Shown: positions 20,746-30,695, numbered from the stretch's first letter. The stretch is 64,000 bases of DNA from a virus (IMGVR_UViG_3300032167_000002:152286-216285), one strand, 5' to 3'. Notes: generated by a model from the letters alone, not told the origin. Numbers and translations: made by a program.

Positions 20746-20914
20746 CGAATGTCTTACACTCGATATGATTTACTTCGCATTTGCAGTGAACACAGTAGAG
20801 TTTCTTTCGGTGCATCCCCTCGTGCTTGAAACCTTGCTTACGCATCAAGGGGATGCCCTTATTACCGCAGTTAATACAGTAAAAACTATGTTCTGCATAG
20901 CCCCTGCGGGCCAT
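20648..20914 (-). CDS. Cys-rich zinc-finger protein
   Basis: 88 aa with CINCGN...CVHCKC. Confidence 0.3.
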   Translation of the reverse strand: MARRGYAEHSFYCINCGNKGIPLMRKQGFKHEGMHRKKLYCVHCKCEVNHIECKTFDEVEEFRENFANGVYKDEAKESLSFVGASCVG

Positions 20915-21156
20915 TAAGACTTACTCCTTACAGTCACAGTATGACCGAACAGGATATGGCACAGCCACTGGAGACCAAAAGCCTGCCAGTAACCAATCAC
21001 CGGGAGTCCAAACAGACTCACAGCAATCCAGTTCCACAGCCACATCGTAATAGCAGGACCCAGGAACAACAGGGCAATCAGACCGATGATGATGAGAATT
21101 GCGGCACCGCAACCAATTTCATCATGACTTGACCAAGCATTTCTACTCATTTTCAT
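20914..21156 (-). CDS. Small membrane protein
   Basis: 80 aa with two hydrophobic helices. Confidence 0.3.
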   Translation of the reverse strand: MKMSRNAWSSHDEIGCGAAILIIIGLIALLFLGPAITMWLWNWIAVSLFGLPVIGYWQAFGLQWLCHILFGHTVTVRSKS

Positions 21157-21182
21157 TTCATTCCTTTCTTTATCTTACATAT

Positions 21183-21213
21183 ATATTATATCATATTTTT
21201 TTATAAAAATCAA
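21183..21213 (-). promoter_or_regulatory. Stereotyped sigma-70 promoter
   Basis: + strand atatattatatcatatttttttataaaaatcaa. Confidence 0.6.
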
Positions 21214-21978
21214 TTAAGACAAATAGGGGTCAGAGCAGAAGACCTCTTCATCCCAAGTATCCAGGTTCAACAGAACACAGTAGCCAGTAAAGACGGCGCC
21301 GCAATCAATGCAGCATTTCTTTCCACCAGCGTACCAAAGTGCACCAGGTTCGATTTCTCCCATGCGGCAAGCAGGGTCAATATCTTCCAAAAGATATGGA
21401 ATTGGAGTGTGTCCGTGAACAATAATCGCCTTTTGGAAGATTTCATCTTCGGGCCAGGGGTCAAGGAAATGGTCTCTATCCCAAATTAAATCTTCAGTCC
21501 ACACCCAGCGCATTTGACCTTGGTGGTCAGTTTGTGGAGTGAAACCAGCATGAGAGAGATATACAGTTTCACCTTGTGTGTTGACATATGTTGCCTTATC
21601 AGGCAGTCCAGCAAGGCGGCCTTTCCAATTTTGCCAATCAGGCTCTTCCATAGCTTCCTCAAAGGTTTTCTTACCTCCGTTGCTACGAAGCAAAGCAAAT
21701 GCAGAGCCATAGCCACGGCCCATTGCTTTAACTAGCATATCTTCATGGTTGCCTTTTAAATAAATAAATTGGGGGTCATCAAGAATGGTTTTGATGCATT
21801 CCCAAGGGTGCGGTCCGCGGTCACCAGCGTCACCAAGGAAGTAAACTACATCTTCTGGCTGAAGCATATCCTTAATAGCCTTATAGAAGTGTAGCATACC
21901 ATGTAAATCAGAACAAGCATATACAGCCATTATTTTACCTCCTTCTCTGGAATTAATACGAACATATAGCCCGTACAT
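21214..21978 (-). CDS. Calcineurin-like metallophosphoesterase (paralog 2)
   Basis: ACSDLHGM...FLGDAGDRGP...GNHE motifs. Confidence 0.65.
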   Translation of the reverse strand: MYGLYVRINSREGGKIMAVYACSDLHGMLHFYKAIKDMLQPEDVVYFLGDAGDRGPHPWECIKTILDDPQFIYLKGNHEDMLVKAMGRGYGSAFALLRSNGGKKTFEEAMEEPDWQNWKGRLAGLPDKATYVNTQGETVYLSHAGFTPQTDHQGQMRWVWTEDLIWDRDHFLDPWPEDEIFQKAIIVHGHTPIPYLLEDIDPACRMGEIEPGALWYAGGKKCCIDCGAVFTGYCVLLNLDTWDEEVFCSDPYLS

Positions 21979-22151
21979 TTAGGAGGTTCACCCTCCTTAA
22001 TCATTTTTGCAAGACTTTTTTCAAGGGATTCGATAGTTGTTTGCATATATTCATGACCCTTTTCGTAGCCTGTAATCGCTGCGAAAGGAGGGTTATTAAT
22101 TGGCATTTTCATACCATCTATAAAAATATATCCCTTAATTCCAAACATCAA
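21930..22151 (-). CDS. Hypothetical protein
   Basis: 73-aa track ORF. Confidence 0.25.
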   Translation of the reverse strand: MMFGIKGYIFIDGMKMPINNPPFAAITGYEKGHEYMQTTIESLEKSLAKMIKEGEPPKCTGYMFVLIPEKEVK

Positions 22152-22726
22152 CCTTTCGCCTCGCTTAAATAGTTTCTAATTTCTTCTCGATAATTATAAA
22201 CATATCGAGGAACAAGTTTTTCAATCATCGGGTCGCTATTAGGCATCTGAAAAGCCTGGCGAACCAATGTTGCACTAATACCTTCGAATCTATCAAGAAA
22301 TTTAAATCGAAGTAACCATCTTTCATCTTGGGCAAACCAACCGAGCATAATACGGGGGTCATCACTGTAATAGATAGTCATATCAGAATCTTTGGTTTTA
22401 CTAAACATCTTGATATAAAGATATCGGCCCCATGCGTGGCTATTGTCAGCTTCATCAGTCATATCAGCTAAAGGAAAAATATGAATATATTTCATTTGTT
22501 CTGTTGTAAAATGTTCGTGAAGAGAGCCTTCCAAAAGCATGATACGAAAATCAATGGGTAGAGGATTGCGGACAGTGCCGCTCTTATCGGCAGAGCCAAC
22601 GAAGATATAAAGGTCGCAATTATTTGCGGCGCAATCTTCATAAGCCTTTTGAACCATATTTAAATGTCCTCTATGAAAAGGCTGTGCTCTAAATAAAATA
22701 ACACCTGTCATAATAATTCTCCTCAC
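22148..22726 (-). CDS. Nicotinamide-nucleotide adenylyltransferase (NMNAT, NatV/NadM-like)
   Basis: Nucleotidyltransferase HxGH motif in FRAQPFHRGHLNMV. 192 aa. Confidence 0.65.
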   Translation of the reverse strand: MRRIIMTGVILFRAQPFHRGHLNMVQKAYEDCAANNCDLYIFVGSADKSGTVRNPLPIDFRIMLLEGSLHEHFTTEQMKYIHIFPLADMTDEADNSHAWGRYLYIKMFSKTKDSDMTIYYSDDPRIMLGWFAQDERWLLRFKFLDRFEGISATLVRQAFQMPNSDPMIEKLVPRYVYNYREEIRNYLSEAKG

Positions 22727-23040
22727 TTAATCACTAAATCTTTTGCTTCTTCTTGAGTGATACCGAAATAGTCTTCAAAAATTTCCATATCACCAGGGTC
22801 ACAAGCCCCAGAACAGATACATTTTCCCTCATGCAACACCCAATACCACATACCATCGGGGTATTTAATTAAATGCTCTATTAAAGCAAAAAAATCTTTA
22901 ATATTGGGACAACCATATACAGCAACTAAACCCTCACCGGTAAATTCATCTGTGAAATAAATATAAGGGTCTGCTACGACACGGTCTCGAATTTTATCTG
23001 TAAAAGCTACAATGATAGGAGCATCAATATTCACAGTCAT
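22723..23040 (-). CDS. Hypothetical protein
   Basis: 105-aa track ORF. Confidence 0.25.
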   Translation of the reverse strand: MTVNIDAPIIVAFTDKIRDRVVADPYIYFTDEFTGEGLVAVYGCPNIKDFFALIEHLIKYPDGMWYWVLHEGKCICSGACDPGDMEIFEDYFGITQEEAKDLVIK

Positions 23041-23112
23041 TTATATCAATTCCTTTCTTAACTTTATATATATATTATAACATATTTTTTAATAAAAATC
23101 AAAGAGGAAGCA

Positions 23113-23640
23113 TTAAGCTTCCTCTAAGATATGGAGAATGTCGTCAACAATAGCATCATAACCAACTATATCGCCAGTGGAAATTGTATAAGGGAGTTGC
23201 TCCTTATTGAGCAATTCCAAAATTTCATCAGCAATCTTATCAGATTCTTCTTCAGTCTGGAATCGTCCTACTGGATTATATTCTTTGGTGCGAACTAGGA
23301 AATAGTTTTTACAATTGTAGCTGTTCATTACTTTGCGGACGACATTATTAAAATCTTCGCCCAAAACGGGGTCATGGTTATAAACTAAAGATAGAAGTAA
23401 GGGAGAGTCAGTAATAACAACATCAACTTTATCAGCACAACGGCTGATGCGGAAATATTGCTTACCAAAGATGTAAGCCTGATTATTGAAAACAGCTTTA
23501 CTCTCTTCCCATACCTTATCCTTAGCGAACTCAGTTACCAGCTCTGCGTTAATACCACGCATTTTGAGCTGGCTGAAGATATATGCGGCACCAGTAGACT
23601 TACCAGTACCAGGAGAACCAAAAAGATTAACTAAAATCAT
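23113..23640 (-). CDS. P-loop NTPase/kinase (possibly a nucleoside or nicotinamide-riboside kinase)
   Basis: Walker A FGSPGTGKST. Lies within the NAD-metabolism cluster. Confidence 0.4.
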   Translation of the reverse strand: MILVNLFGSPGTGKSTGAAYIFSQLKMRGINAELVTEFAKDKVWEESKAVFNNQAYIFGKQYFRISRCADKVDVVITDSPLLLSLVYNHDPVLGEDFNNVVRKVMNSYNCKNYFLVRTKEYNPVGRFQTEEESDKIADEILELLNKEQLPYTISTGDIVGYDAIVDDILHILEEA

Positions 23641-24156
23641 TTATTTTCCTCCATATGATAATTTGAAATCAGTTTTTTCTGTTTTTTTATAAGTAGATGC
23701 ATTTTTAGCATAGGTACTTTCTGCTTCGCGCAATTCTTGGCGCACATCCATTAAAATTTTACCAAGAATATTTTTACCTTCGATTTCTGCACACTTGGGG
23801 CAAACACAATTACCCCAAGTATTATCATGCCAAGTATTGCCTTCTACTAATTCTTCATCACCAGTGTCTAAAAGTTTTTGTTTTAAATCGGGGTCAGAAA
23901 ATTTGTATTTCAAACCATCATGCATTACACTAATCTTAATACGCTCCCAGTCAGGGCGCAAAGAGCAGTGTCGCCCCATTCGCTTTGCCTGTCCAGGTGT
24001 TTTTGCTTTTGCAATAGCTTTAAATTCACTTTCACTCTTGGTTTTCCAAGCTTGGAACCAGTGTTCCACAGTAGGAAAAGTTACACCATCTACAGTAAAA
24101 GGAGAGGGGAAAAAGTTGCTTAGGAAAGCGTACTTTCCATCAAACATCGCAATCAT
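23641..24156 (-). CDS. NADAR (YbiA-like) domain protein
   Basis: FLSNFFPSPFTVDGVTFPTVEHWFQAWK, typical of DUF1768/NADAR. Confidence 0.65.
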   Translation of the reverse strand: MIAMFDGKYAFLSNFFPSPFTVDGVTFPTVEHWFQAWKTKSESEFKAIAKAKTPGQAKRMGRHCSLRPDWERIKISVMHDGLKYKFSDPDLKQKLLDTGDEELVEGNTWHDNTWGNCVCPKCAEIEGKNILGKILMDVRQELREAESTYAKNASTYKKTEKTDFKLSYGGK

Positions 24157-24168
24157 AGCGATACCTCC

Positions 24169-24975
24169 TTAGAAACTAAATGGACTTTCTTCTTTGTTGC
24201 TGTTTTCGTGCCAAGCACGAGTCTTGATACGAATATAGGGCATGCAAATATCTCTTTTATGGAGATTTCTGGTGTGGCGCTCTTCAATCTTGCGAAGAGT
24301 CTCATAGTCGGGAAGTACTTCATCCAAAAGATAAGCATCCAGTACATCATAAGGAATACCAGTGTTATCTTCATCGGTCTTACCACTCATACCATCACCA
24401 GGTGCCTTATGAACCAGGTGTGCGGGCAACTCATCCAGATTGTCGCCAATCTCAATGACCTCACGGACGCAGTAATCCTTTAAGATAGCGAAGTCGCCAG
24501 CCAGGTCACCATACTTGGTAGTGTAGCCGATATACAGTTCGGATTTATTGCCAGTATTGATTACTCGACCGCCCATATCTGCGGCAACTGCGTAAAGAGT
24601 TGCCATACGGATACGAGCAGGCGTATTTGTATTAACTGCGGGATTTTTATAGGCGTCACCCACCATTCCCGCAAACATCTTGGTGATAGGGCCAATATTG
24701 TAGGCTCTATAGGGAATATGAAGAATGTTGCATACTTCCACAGAGTCCTTAATATCCTTCTGGTCACCATCGGGCATCAGCACACCAAAAACTCTTTCGG
24801 GACCCAGTGCTCGGACAAGCAGGGCGGCCGCAATCGTGGAATCCTTACCACCGGAAATACCAATAACTGCCTTGGTATTCTCATTACCATTCTTGACAAA
24901 ATATTTCTTAATTTCATCAACAATGTGCTGGATTTCCTCTTCAACATCAATTACTTTGAAATCAAAATCACCCAT
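24169..24975 (-). CDS. nadE: NH3-dependent NAD+ synthetase
   Basis: PP-loop GISGGKDST. 268 aa. Confidence 0.8.
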   Translation of the reverse strand: MGDFDFKVIDVEEEIQHIVDEIKKYFVKNGNENTKAVIGISGGKDSTIAAALLVRALGPERVFGVLMPDGDQKDIKDSVEVCNILHIPYRAYNIGPITKMFAGMVGDAYKNPAVNTNTPARIRMATLYAVAADMGGRVINTGNKSELYIGYTTKYGDLAGDFAILKDYCVREVIEIGDNLDELPAHLVHKAPGDGMSGKTDEDNTGIPYDVLDAYLLDEVLPDYETLRKIEERHTRNLHKRDICMPYIRIKTRAWHENSNKEESPFSF

Positions 24976-24977
24976 AT

Positions 24978-25484
24978 TTACGCCTCCAGTTTGTAAATAT
25001 ATACATCATAGTCCTCAGAAAGGGCTTCCCAAATCATCGTTTTAATTACTTCCCAATTTGCGCCACCAAGGCCGCAGCCAATATGGTCAGGAAAGCCAAT
25101 TTTACTGCCGTGGGGTACCTGGTCCCTAATCTTACCAAGACAAGACCAGAAGCCATCATAAGAAGTATATCTCTTACCATCATAGCCATAATATTGCTGT
25201 GCAAACATATTTATCACAGTCTTGTCTACATCAACAGGAACTAACTGAATCTCGCCCAGAAGGGTATCAGTCCAGTCGGGTCCGTTTTCCATCCCGCCGC
25301 ACATTTGATAGATTTCTTCTTCTCTCTTGGTGCAGAGGGCAATATAATCTTCATATACTCGATGCCATCTTGTTTTAATGTTCTTGGCGATGCCAGAGGC
25401 CATGCGCCCCTGGCAATTCACCTGATGGCAGTAATAATCCAATTTCGCTTCGAGCATATCACCTTTAATAAAGTGAATACTCAT
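24978..25484 (-). CDS. Macro domain protein (ADP-ribose binding/hydrolase)
   Basis: HQVNCQGRMASGIAKNI...GCGLGGANW motifs. Confidence 0.7.
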   Translation of the reverse strand: MSIHFIKGDMLEAKLDYYCHQVNCQGRMASGIAKNIKTRWHRVYEDYIALCTKREEEIYQMCGGMENGPDWTDTLLGEIQLVPVDVDKTVINMFAQQYYGYDGKRYTSYDGFWSCLGKIRDQVPHGSKIGFPDHIGCGLGGANWEVIKTMIWEALSEDYDVYIYKLEA

Positions 25485-27031
25485 TACGCAATCTCCGGAT
25501 ACAGACGAGCACGAATTTCGTGGAAATTTTCAATATTCTTCAGAAAACCATCTGCGAAGGAGGTGCGAAGCAGGGTTTCATCATCGGGAACCCATTCGCC
25601 ATAGCCGTCAATGCATACAAACTCATCCTTGTCGGGGTGAATCTGAACCGCGCAGCAACCTTTATGGGACTTCTTCAGTCCGCCCTCGTCAGTCTTGGGG
25701 TCCTTATAGATAGGAACTTCCTTGCCGCCAAAGATACCGTGAGTAGCCTTCATTGCCATGCCCCAGGTATCACGAGTCAGAACAGTGAACTTATTGTCGG
25801 GGCTGAACAGAGCGTGGAAGCAGAAAGCACCAACACCGAAGACCACATTGGTAGCCGCGAAGCCCAGCTGAGCCAGAGTTTCGTAAATTTCACGAACCTT
25901 ATTCAGAGTGCAGCCGTCACCATAAATCAGACCAATATGGGGGTCCAGAACCTTATAGCCAGCTTCATTGATGGTGCCACCAAACTCATCCCACAGTTTC
26001 TGGATAGTGCCGATGGTAATGGAAACCATGTCGCCAGAGTCAGGACGGATAAGCAGCTTGCCATTGTGAGCCAAAATTTCAGCCTTGCAGGCAGGAATGA
26101 TATTGTCTACCATATTCCAGTAGTCATAGGTATCAGATACCATAGAGAAACTGGTATTGGGGTAAATTTCAGTCAGCATACGCTTCACAAAAGTGATTTC
26201 ATCGCCGTCGATTGCGAAATTCGCAGCCATAACAGAGTGTTCAGTGGAAACGGCACCCAGACCCAGCTTATGCTCGGCGCACTGTGCGTCGTAATAGTCG
26301 TCCAGGTAGGGTAGCGCAGGAATGGTAGAGGTCTTATTGAAAGACAGGAGCCAAGAAGCGGAGCAACGAGTTGCGTCTTCCAGGCAGCTCATACCACGGA
26401 AACCGAAGTCAGCCATTGCCATAAAGGGGTCGGCGCCGGGGGCAGTCATATCGTAATACTTCTTTGCAATCTTGTGGTATTCCCAACCAACGGTCGCATA
26501 TGCACACATAGGCCACACTTCAGTCTGGAGCAGGCACTCAACCCACTGAACCAGCCATGCGAAACGAGGGTGAGTATTTCTCATCTCAACGATGGGAACA
26601 CCCATATTGACAACAGTGCCTTCGGGCAAGGCGCGGATTTCCAGGGGCAGATAACCCAGCTCATGCAGTTCAACGATGCGATTACGAGCGACATTGTTGA
26701 TACCCAGGTGAGCATCAATATAATGGTCATACTCATACATCACCCAGTCCAGAGGAGTGGCGAAGAAGCTGTCGAAGCCTTCCTTCATATCAGTGAGGAA
26801 AGGATGAACGCCCCAAACGACCATCTTGGGGAAATTCTCATTCATAGCCTTTCGAGGAGTCAGGTAAGAAGCCAGAAACTCCTGATTGTCAGGATACATC
26901 AGGGGGTGGCACTGCTTGTAAGAGTCGCTGTACAGCATAATCATTCTACGAAAATCCATATTATCAATTTCCTTTCTTTTTTCTCGCAATGCGGATTCGT
27001 TTACTTTCCATCTTGTTAGGAATATGCTCAC
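25484..27031 (-). CDS. nadV: Nicotinamide phosphoribosyltransferase (NadV/NAMPT)
   Basis: 515 aa with NAMPT-like GFRGMS and GDG motifs. Confidence 0.75.
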   Translation of the reverse strand: MSIFLTRWKVNESALREKRKEIDNMDFRRMIMLYSDSYKQCHPLMYPDNQEFLASYLTPRKAMNENFPKMVVWGVHPFLTDMKEGFDSFFATPLDWVMYEYDHYIDAHLGINNVARNRIVELHELGYLPLEIRALPEGTVVNMGVPIVEMRNTHPRFAWLVQWVECLLQTEVWPMCAYATVGWEYHKIAKKYYDMTAPGADPFMAMADFGFRGMSCLEDATRCSASWLLSFNKTSTIPALPYLDDYYDAQCAEHKLGLGAVSTEHSVMAANFAIDGDEITFVKRMLTEIYPNTSFSMVSDTYDYWNMVDNIIPACKAEILAHNGKLLIRPDSGDMVSITIGTIQKLWDEFGGTINEAGYKVLDPHIGLIYGDGCTLNKVREIYETLAQLGFAATNVVFGVGAFCFHALFSPDNKFTVLTRDTWGMAMKATHGIFGGKEVPIYKDPKTDEGGLKKSHKGCCAVQIHPDKDEFVCIDGYGEWVPDDETLLRTSFADGFLKNIENFHEIRARLYPEIA

Positions 27032-27212
27032 GGGTCGCCAGTTCAGCTTTTACACGAGCCTGGTAGGCTCTCTTGGCGGAATAATCTGCATCTTCCCAGT
27101 CATAATCGCCCCAGCGATATGTATGTCGCAGATGTGCCAGAAGCTGGCGAGTTTTCAGATTTTTCATCTGCTCTTCGGAGAGGATTCCGCAGTCTCTTTC
27201 AAAGTTACTCAT
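26964..27212 (-). CDS. Hypothetical protein
   Basis: 82-aa track ORF. Confidence 0.25.
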   Translation of the reverse strand: MSNFERDCGILSEEQMKNLKTRQLLAHLRHTYRWGDYDWEDADYSAKRAYQARVKAELATREHIPNKMESKRIRIARKKKGN

Positions 27213-27238
27213 TTAATCACTTCCTTTACTTTCTATAT

Positions 27239-27269
27239 ATATTATATCATATTTTTTTATAAAAATCAA
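27239..27269 (-). promoter_or_regulatory. Stereotyped sigma-70 promoter before NadV
   Basis: Same motif, placed directly after the terminator at 27273-27297. Confidence 0.6.
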
Positions 27270-27272
27270 AAA

Positions 27273-27297
27273 AGCCCCTTGAGTCTCAAGGGGCTTT
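27273..27297 (-). terminator. Terminator hairpin AGCCCCTTGAGTCTCAAGGGGCT
   Basis: Minus-strand stem-loop followed by a T run, placed directly before the promoter. Confidence 0.6.
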
Positions 27298-27300
27298 TAC

Positions 27301-27702
27301 TTATTCCACTCTATCTTCATATAAGGTGAGGCCGCATTCTCCAGATTCGGGGAACCACTCGCAAATAGAAGTGATTTTACCATCATAATCAGTGAAAATA
27401 ACATATTCCATTCCGTCACTCATTACGAGGAAATATGTCCAACAAGCGCACCTATACTCTTGGAGCATAAACACATCGGGAACGTGTGCAAGAACTGTGC
27501 CAATAAAATCTTCATTCCCAATTCTCGGACCAATCATATCCTCTAAAATGAGAATAGCGTTTTCGTTAAGGTCGGGAATGGATTCAACAATTGTTTCCGT
27601 AGACGATGGGGTTTCTTCATAAGGGGTGTCGCAAGCAATAAGTGATACACAAAGGCAAATTGCCAAAACAAAGCAAATAAAAAGTTTAATCGCTTTCTTC
27701 AT
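27301..27702 (-). CDS. Putative lipoprotein
   Basis: Signal peptide with lipobox: MKKAIKLFICFVLAICLCVSLIAC. Confidence 0.5.
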   Translation of the reverse strand: MKKAIKLFICFVLAICLCVSLIACDTPYEETPSSTETIVESIPDLNENAILILEDMIGPRIGNEDFIGTVLAHVPDVFMLQEYRCACWTYFLVMSDGMEYVIFTDYDGKITSICEWFPESGECGLTLYEDRVE

Positions 27703-28472
27703 TTCACTTCTCCTTCGGGAATTTCAATTAAATTGAAGACATCTTGAATATCTTCATGGAAGACCAGCTCAGCTCTGAAATCTGCTACTGTAGGGTCTCT
27801 GTTAATGACAACCAGATGACTATCATCGCAGTAGAATGGCAGGCTTGCGGCAGGTTGAACTACCAGGGAGCTACCAACCACAATCATCAGGTCGGCTTGA
27901 GCAGCTGCCACCTGGGCATTGCTCCAAGCAGGAAATGCCAGCCCTTCACCATACAGGACAATATCGGGTCGGATAGTGCCTTCGCCGCACAGAGGGCATT
28001 TAGGAATATCATTTAGATTATTGTAGTTTCCATCCAATACATCTTCTGGAATAAACAAGTCGTGACCACAATCCTGGCAATACCAACGACTCATAGTACC
28101 GTGGACAGCATATATCCTATCCATGCCAGTGTCTTCGTGTAAACCATCAATATTTTGTGTAATCACAGACACTTTTCTTGCTTCCTGCAGCTCAGAAATT
28201 CTTTGATGGGCGATGGTTGGCTTAGCTCCACGAAAATCCATTTTTTCACGCAGATACTCGAAAAAAGCCTGTTCGTGCTTCTGAAGGCAGGTGCTGCTCA
28301 GCATATATTCCGGACTCTTGCCTCCAATATACGGACTTGCGTACAGACCATCCGCACTGCGGAAATCCGGAATACCGGAGCCAGTTGAGATACCGGCTCC
28401 GGTAAAAAACACGATATGCCGAGCGTCCGCAATTATCTTATTTAGTTTCGCAATACGCTCATTAAAATCCAT
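27699..28472 (-). CDS. Sir2-family NAD+-dependent deacylase or ADP-ribosyltransferase (sirtuin)
   Basis: GAGISTGSGIPDFR, QNIDGLH, and Zn-ribbon CQDCG...CPLCG. Confidence 0.8.
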   Translation of the reverse strand: MDFNERIAKLNKIIADARHIVFFTGAGISTGSGIPDFRSADGLYASPYIGGKSPEYMLSSTCLQKHEQAFFEYLREKMDFRGAKPTIAHQRISELQEARKVSVITQNIDGLHEDTGMDRIYAVHGTMSRWYCQDCGHDLFIPEDVLDGNYNNLNDIPKCPLCGEGTIRPDIVLYGEGLAFPAWSNAQVAAAQADLMIVVGSSLVVQPAASLPFYCDDSHLVVINRDPTVADFRAELVFHEDIQDVFNLIEIPEGEVK

Positions 28473-28475
28473 ATC

Positions 28476-28994
28476 TTACTCTCCCATTTGTGCCTTGACG
28501 CAAGCATCGCCTGCAGCCATAGCTTCTTTCAGTGCCTCTTGGGCAACCTTCATATCGCAGCCCTCTTTCTTCAAGAAAGGCATCACATTCTTCATAATGA
28601 CACCCTTATTACCAGAGCAGATAGAAACTGCGTTACAAACTCCCCAGTAGTTAATCATCTTGACAATTTCATCCTTGTCGTCGATAACCTTAGGAGCATA
28701 CTCCAAAGCGATAGAGAGCTTCATCAGATATTCAGCCTTACGAGCCTTCAATTCTGCATCTCTCTTGGGGTCTGTTGCCCCATCGGGACAGGTATCGACC
28801 ATCTCTTGGACAGTCTTCTTATACTTCAACATCACTTCATCGACAAAAGCATCTGTGATTTCTACTCTCTTTTTACCAGAGGTAGCAGCTTTGTCGATTG
28901 TGGCGACCATATCAGCCAGAGTCAAACGTCTCAGCTTATCGCCGTTTTTCAAGGCAGTTGTCATATCTGCCTTAATAGACTCATACTTATTCAT
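28476..28994 (-). CDS. GatB/YqeY domain protein
   Basis: 172 aa resembling YqeY. Confidence 0.6.
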   Translation of the reverse strand: MNKYESIKADMTTALKNGDKLRRLTLADMVATIDKAATSGKKRVEITDAFVDEVMLKYKKTVQEMVDTCPDGATDPKRDAELKARKAEYLMKLSIALEYAPKVIDDKDEIVKMINYWGVCNAVSICSGNKGVIMKNVMPFLKKEGCDMKVAQEALKEAMAAGDACVKAQMGE

Positions 28995-29012
28995 TGGAGT
29001 CTACTCCTTTCT

Positions 29013-29840
29013 TTAATGATATACAGTAATCCATTCCTTCCAGTAAGGGTCATAACCTTCGTTGAATAACTCTTCGGGGAAAATGGACTTAGTGGTATAG
29101 ACATGGTCAACAAGACCATCAGTGCTGGCCATTTCACCCAAAATAATAGTCTTTTCGCAATGGGTGACATACAGACTTACGCTCTTGGCGCCAGCAGCCT
29201 TAAGAGCTTTAGCAGAATGGTAGAAAGTACCACCACGAGAACAGATATCGTCAACGATAAGAACATTCTTATCCTTAACTGCTTCGGCGTTGATAATATC
29301 CAGGCCCTGAATCTGACCGGTCTTCCAATCTCGCTTTTTCATTCCAAAAGCGTAAGGAATATCAAACCCACCAGAATAACGCTTCATAGCACCTTCATCG
29401 GGGAAGAAGAGTACATCAGCCTGAGCCTCAAAAATTGCATCCAGAACATAATTAGTAATGGGCATTTCTTCTACATTGTTCAGAAGGGCCAGGCTTACGT
29501 TGCTATGTGCGTCACGCACATGAACAACCTTGAAATTCAGAGAGTTGATAACTTCGCAGAAATACTTGAGAGTGAAAACATCTTCATCAGACTTCACTCG
29601 GTCCATGCGGGCATGGGGGATGTAAGGCATTTCCAGAACAACATCGCTGTAAGAATAGACGCGGTCCAGATGGCGCTTTACGCAAATCAAAGAGAAAAGC
29701 TCTGCATCATTTTCATAATACCACTCGACCAGAATATTACCGCGAGTGTCAAATTCATCCCCATTGGGGTCAAACTTCATCAACAGAGTGCCATCGGGGA
29801 ACTGACCCTGCTTAATTTCGACATTACCTACTTTAATCAT
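29013..29840 (-). CDS. Phosphoribosyltransferase-domain protein (PRPP-synthetase-like)
   Basis: PRTase motif VLIVDDICSRGGT. Confidence 0.55.
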   Translation of the reverse strand: MIKVGNVEIKQGQFPDGTLLMKFDPNGDEFDTRGNILVEWYYENDAELFSLICVKRHLDRVYSYSDVVLEMPYIPHARMDRVKSDEDVFTLKYFCEVINSLNFKVVHVRDAHSNVSLALLNNVEEMPITNYVLDAIFEAQADVLFFPDEGAMKRYSGGFDIPYAFGMKKRDWKTGQIQGLDIINAEAVKDKNVLIVDDICSRGGTFYHSAKALKAAGAKSVSLYVTHCEKTIILGEMASTDGLVDHVYTTKSIFPEELFNEGYDPYWKEWITVYH

Positions 29841-30129
29841 ACATTTTCCTCCATGTTTCTCCCATTCCGAGTTCTAAATCGGCACTTCCATTCCAACCGA
29901 ATACTCGGAAAGCTCGTAATTTGATATATGCTTTATATCTTTTGAAATTGCCCTCGCAGTATAGAAAAGCTGAAGGACAATATGGCAAATCTTCTTCTTT
30001 CAATTCTGAAAGCTGTTCACGCGACATTAAGCAGCTTTCTCGCAAAGAGTTTAGATGATGTTGACCTGGCACAGCTTCATCGCCTCCAGAGCAGTCTTGT
30101 GGCTCTCGGGGGTAACACAGGCGCAGCAA
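29833..30129 (-). CDS. Hypothetical protein
   Basis: 98-aa track ORF. Confidence 0.25.
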   Translation of the reverse strand: MLRLCYPREPQDCSGGDEAVPGQHHLNSLRESCLMSREQLSELKEEDLPYCPSAFLYCEGNFKRYKAYIKLRAFRVFGWNGSADLELGMGETWRKMYD

Positions 30130-30641
30130 TCAGCAATCACATTCACAGGAACCTCGGGCAGCGTAGCCTTAGCCAGAATGGCATTGGACATAACACAGAT
30201 TCCGGTACACAGACCCATCAGAGTAACCTCTTCAACACCCAGACGCTCATTGATATCGAACAAAATGTTCTGCAGTTCGACAGAGCCAAAAGTAGGCTTT
30301 TCAACCTTGATAGGGTTAATGTCGGTCATGGGGTAGACCTCATAAGCGTCGGCATAGGTGTCGATAACATTGATGTAAGCCTTGAACACTTCATCAACAA
30401 TGGAATGACCGGCAGTGCCCTTGATGCAATGACGAACCGGCAGATTTTTACCCTCCAGGGTATCCATGTAATTTTCGGGATGAGTATCCTTGGTGAAGAT
30501 AACCACAGTATCGGGAGCTGCCATCTGCTCAATGGTCTCTGCGACCAGCGGAACGATAGCCTGCGCCTCCTTGGTGCCCAGGGAACCATCAACGAAATCC
30601 TTCTGCATATCTACGACAATAAGAACTTTCATATAATTCAT
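30051..30641 (-). CDS. pncA: Isochorismatase-family nicotinamidase
   Basis: Cysteine-hydrolase motifs VVDMQKDF and GLCTGICV. Confidence 0.65.
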   Translation of the reverse strand: MNYMKVLIVVDMQKDFVDGSLGTKEAQAIVPLVAETIEQMAAPDTVVIFTKDTHPENYMDTLEGKNLPVRHCIKGTAGHSIVDEVFKAYINVIDTYADAYEVYPMTDINPIKVEKPTFGSVELQNILFDINERLGVEEVTLMGLCTGICVMSNAILAKATLPEVPVNVIADCCACVTPESHKTALEAMKLCQVNII

Positions 30642-30664
30642 ATCCTTTCCTTTATCTTACATAT

Positions 30665-30695
30665 ATATTATAACATATTTTTTTATAAAAATCAA
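30665..30695 (-). promoter_or_regulatory. Stereotyped sigma-70 promoter before pncA
   Basis: Same motif, placed directly after the terminator at 30700-30719. Confidence 0.6.
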
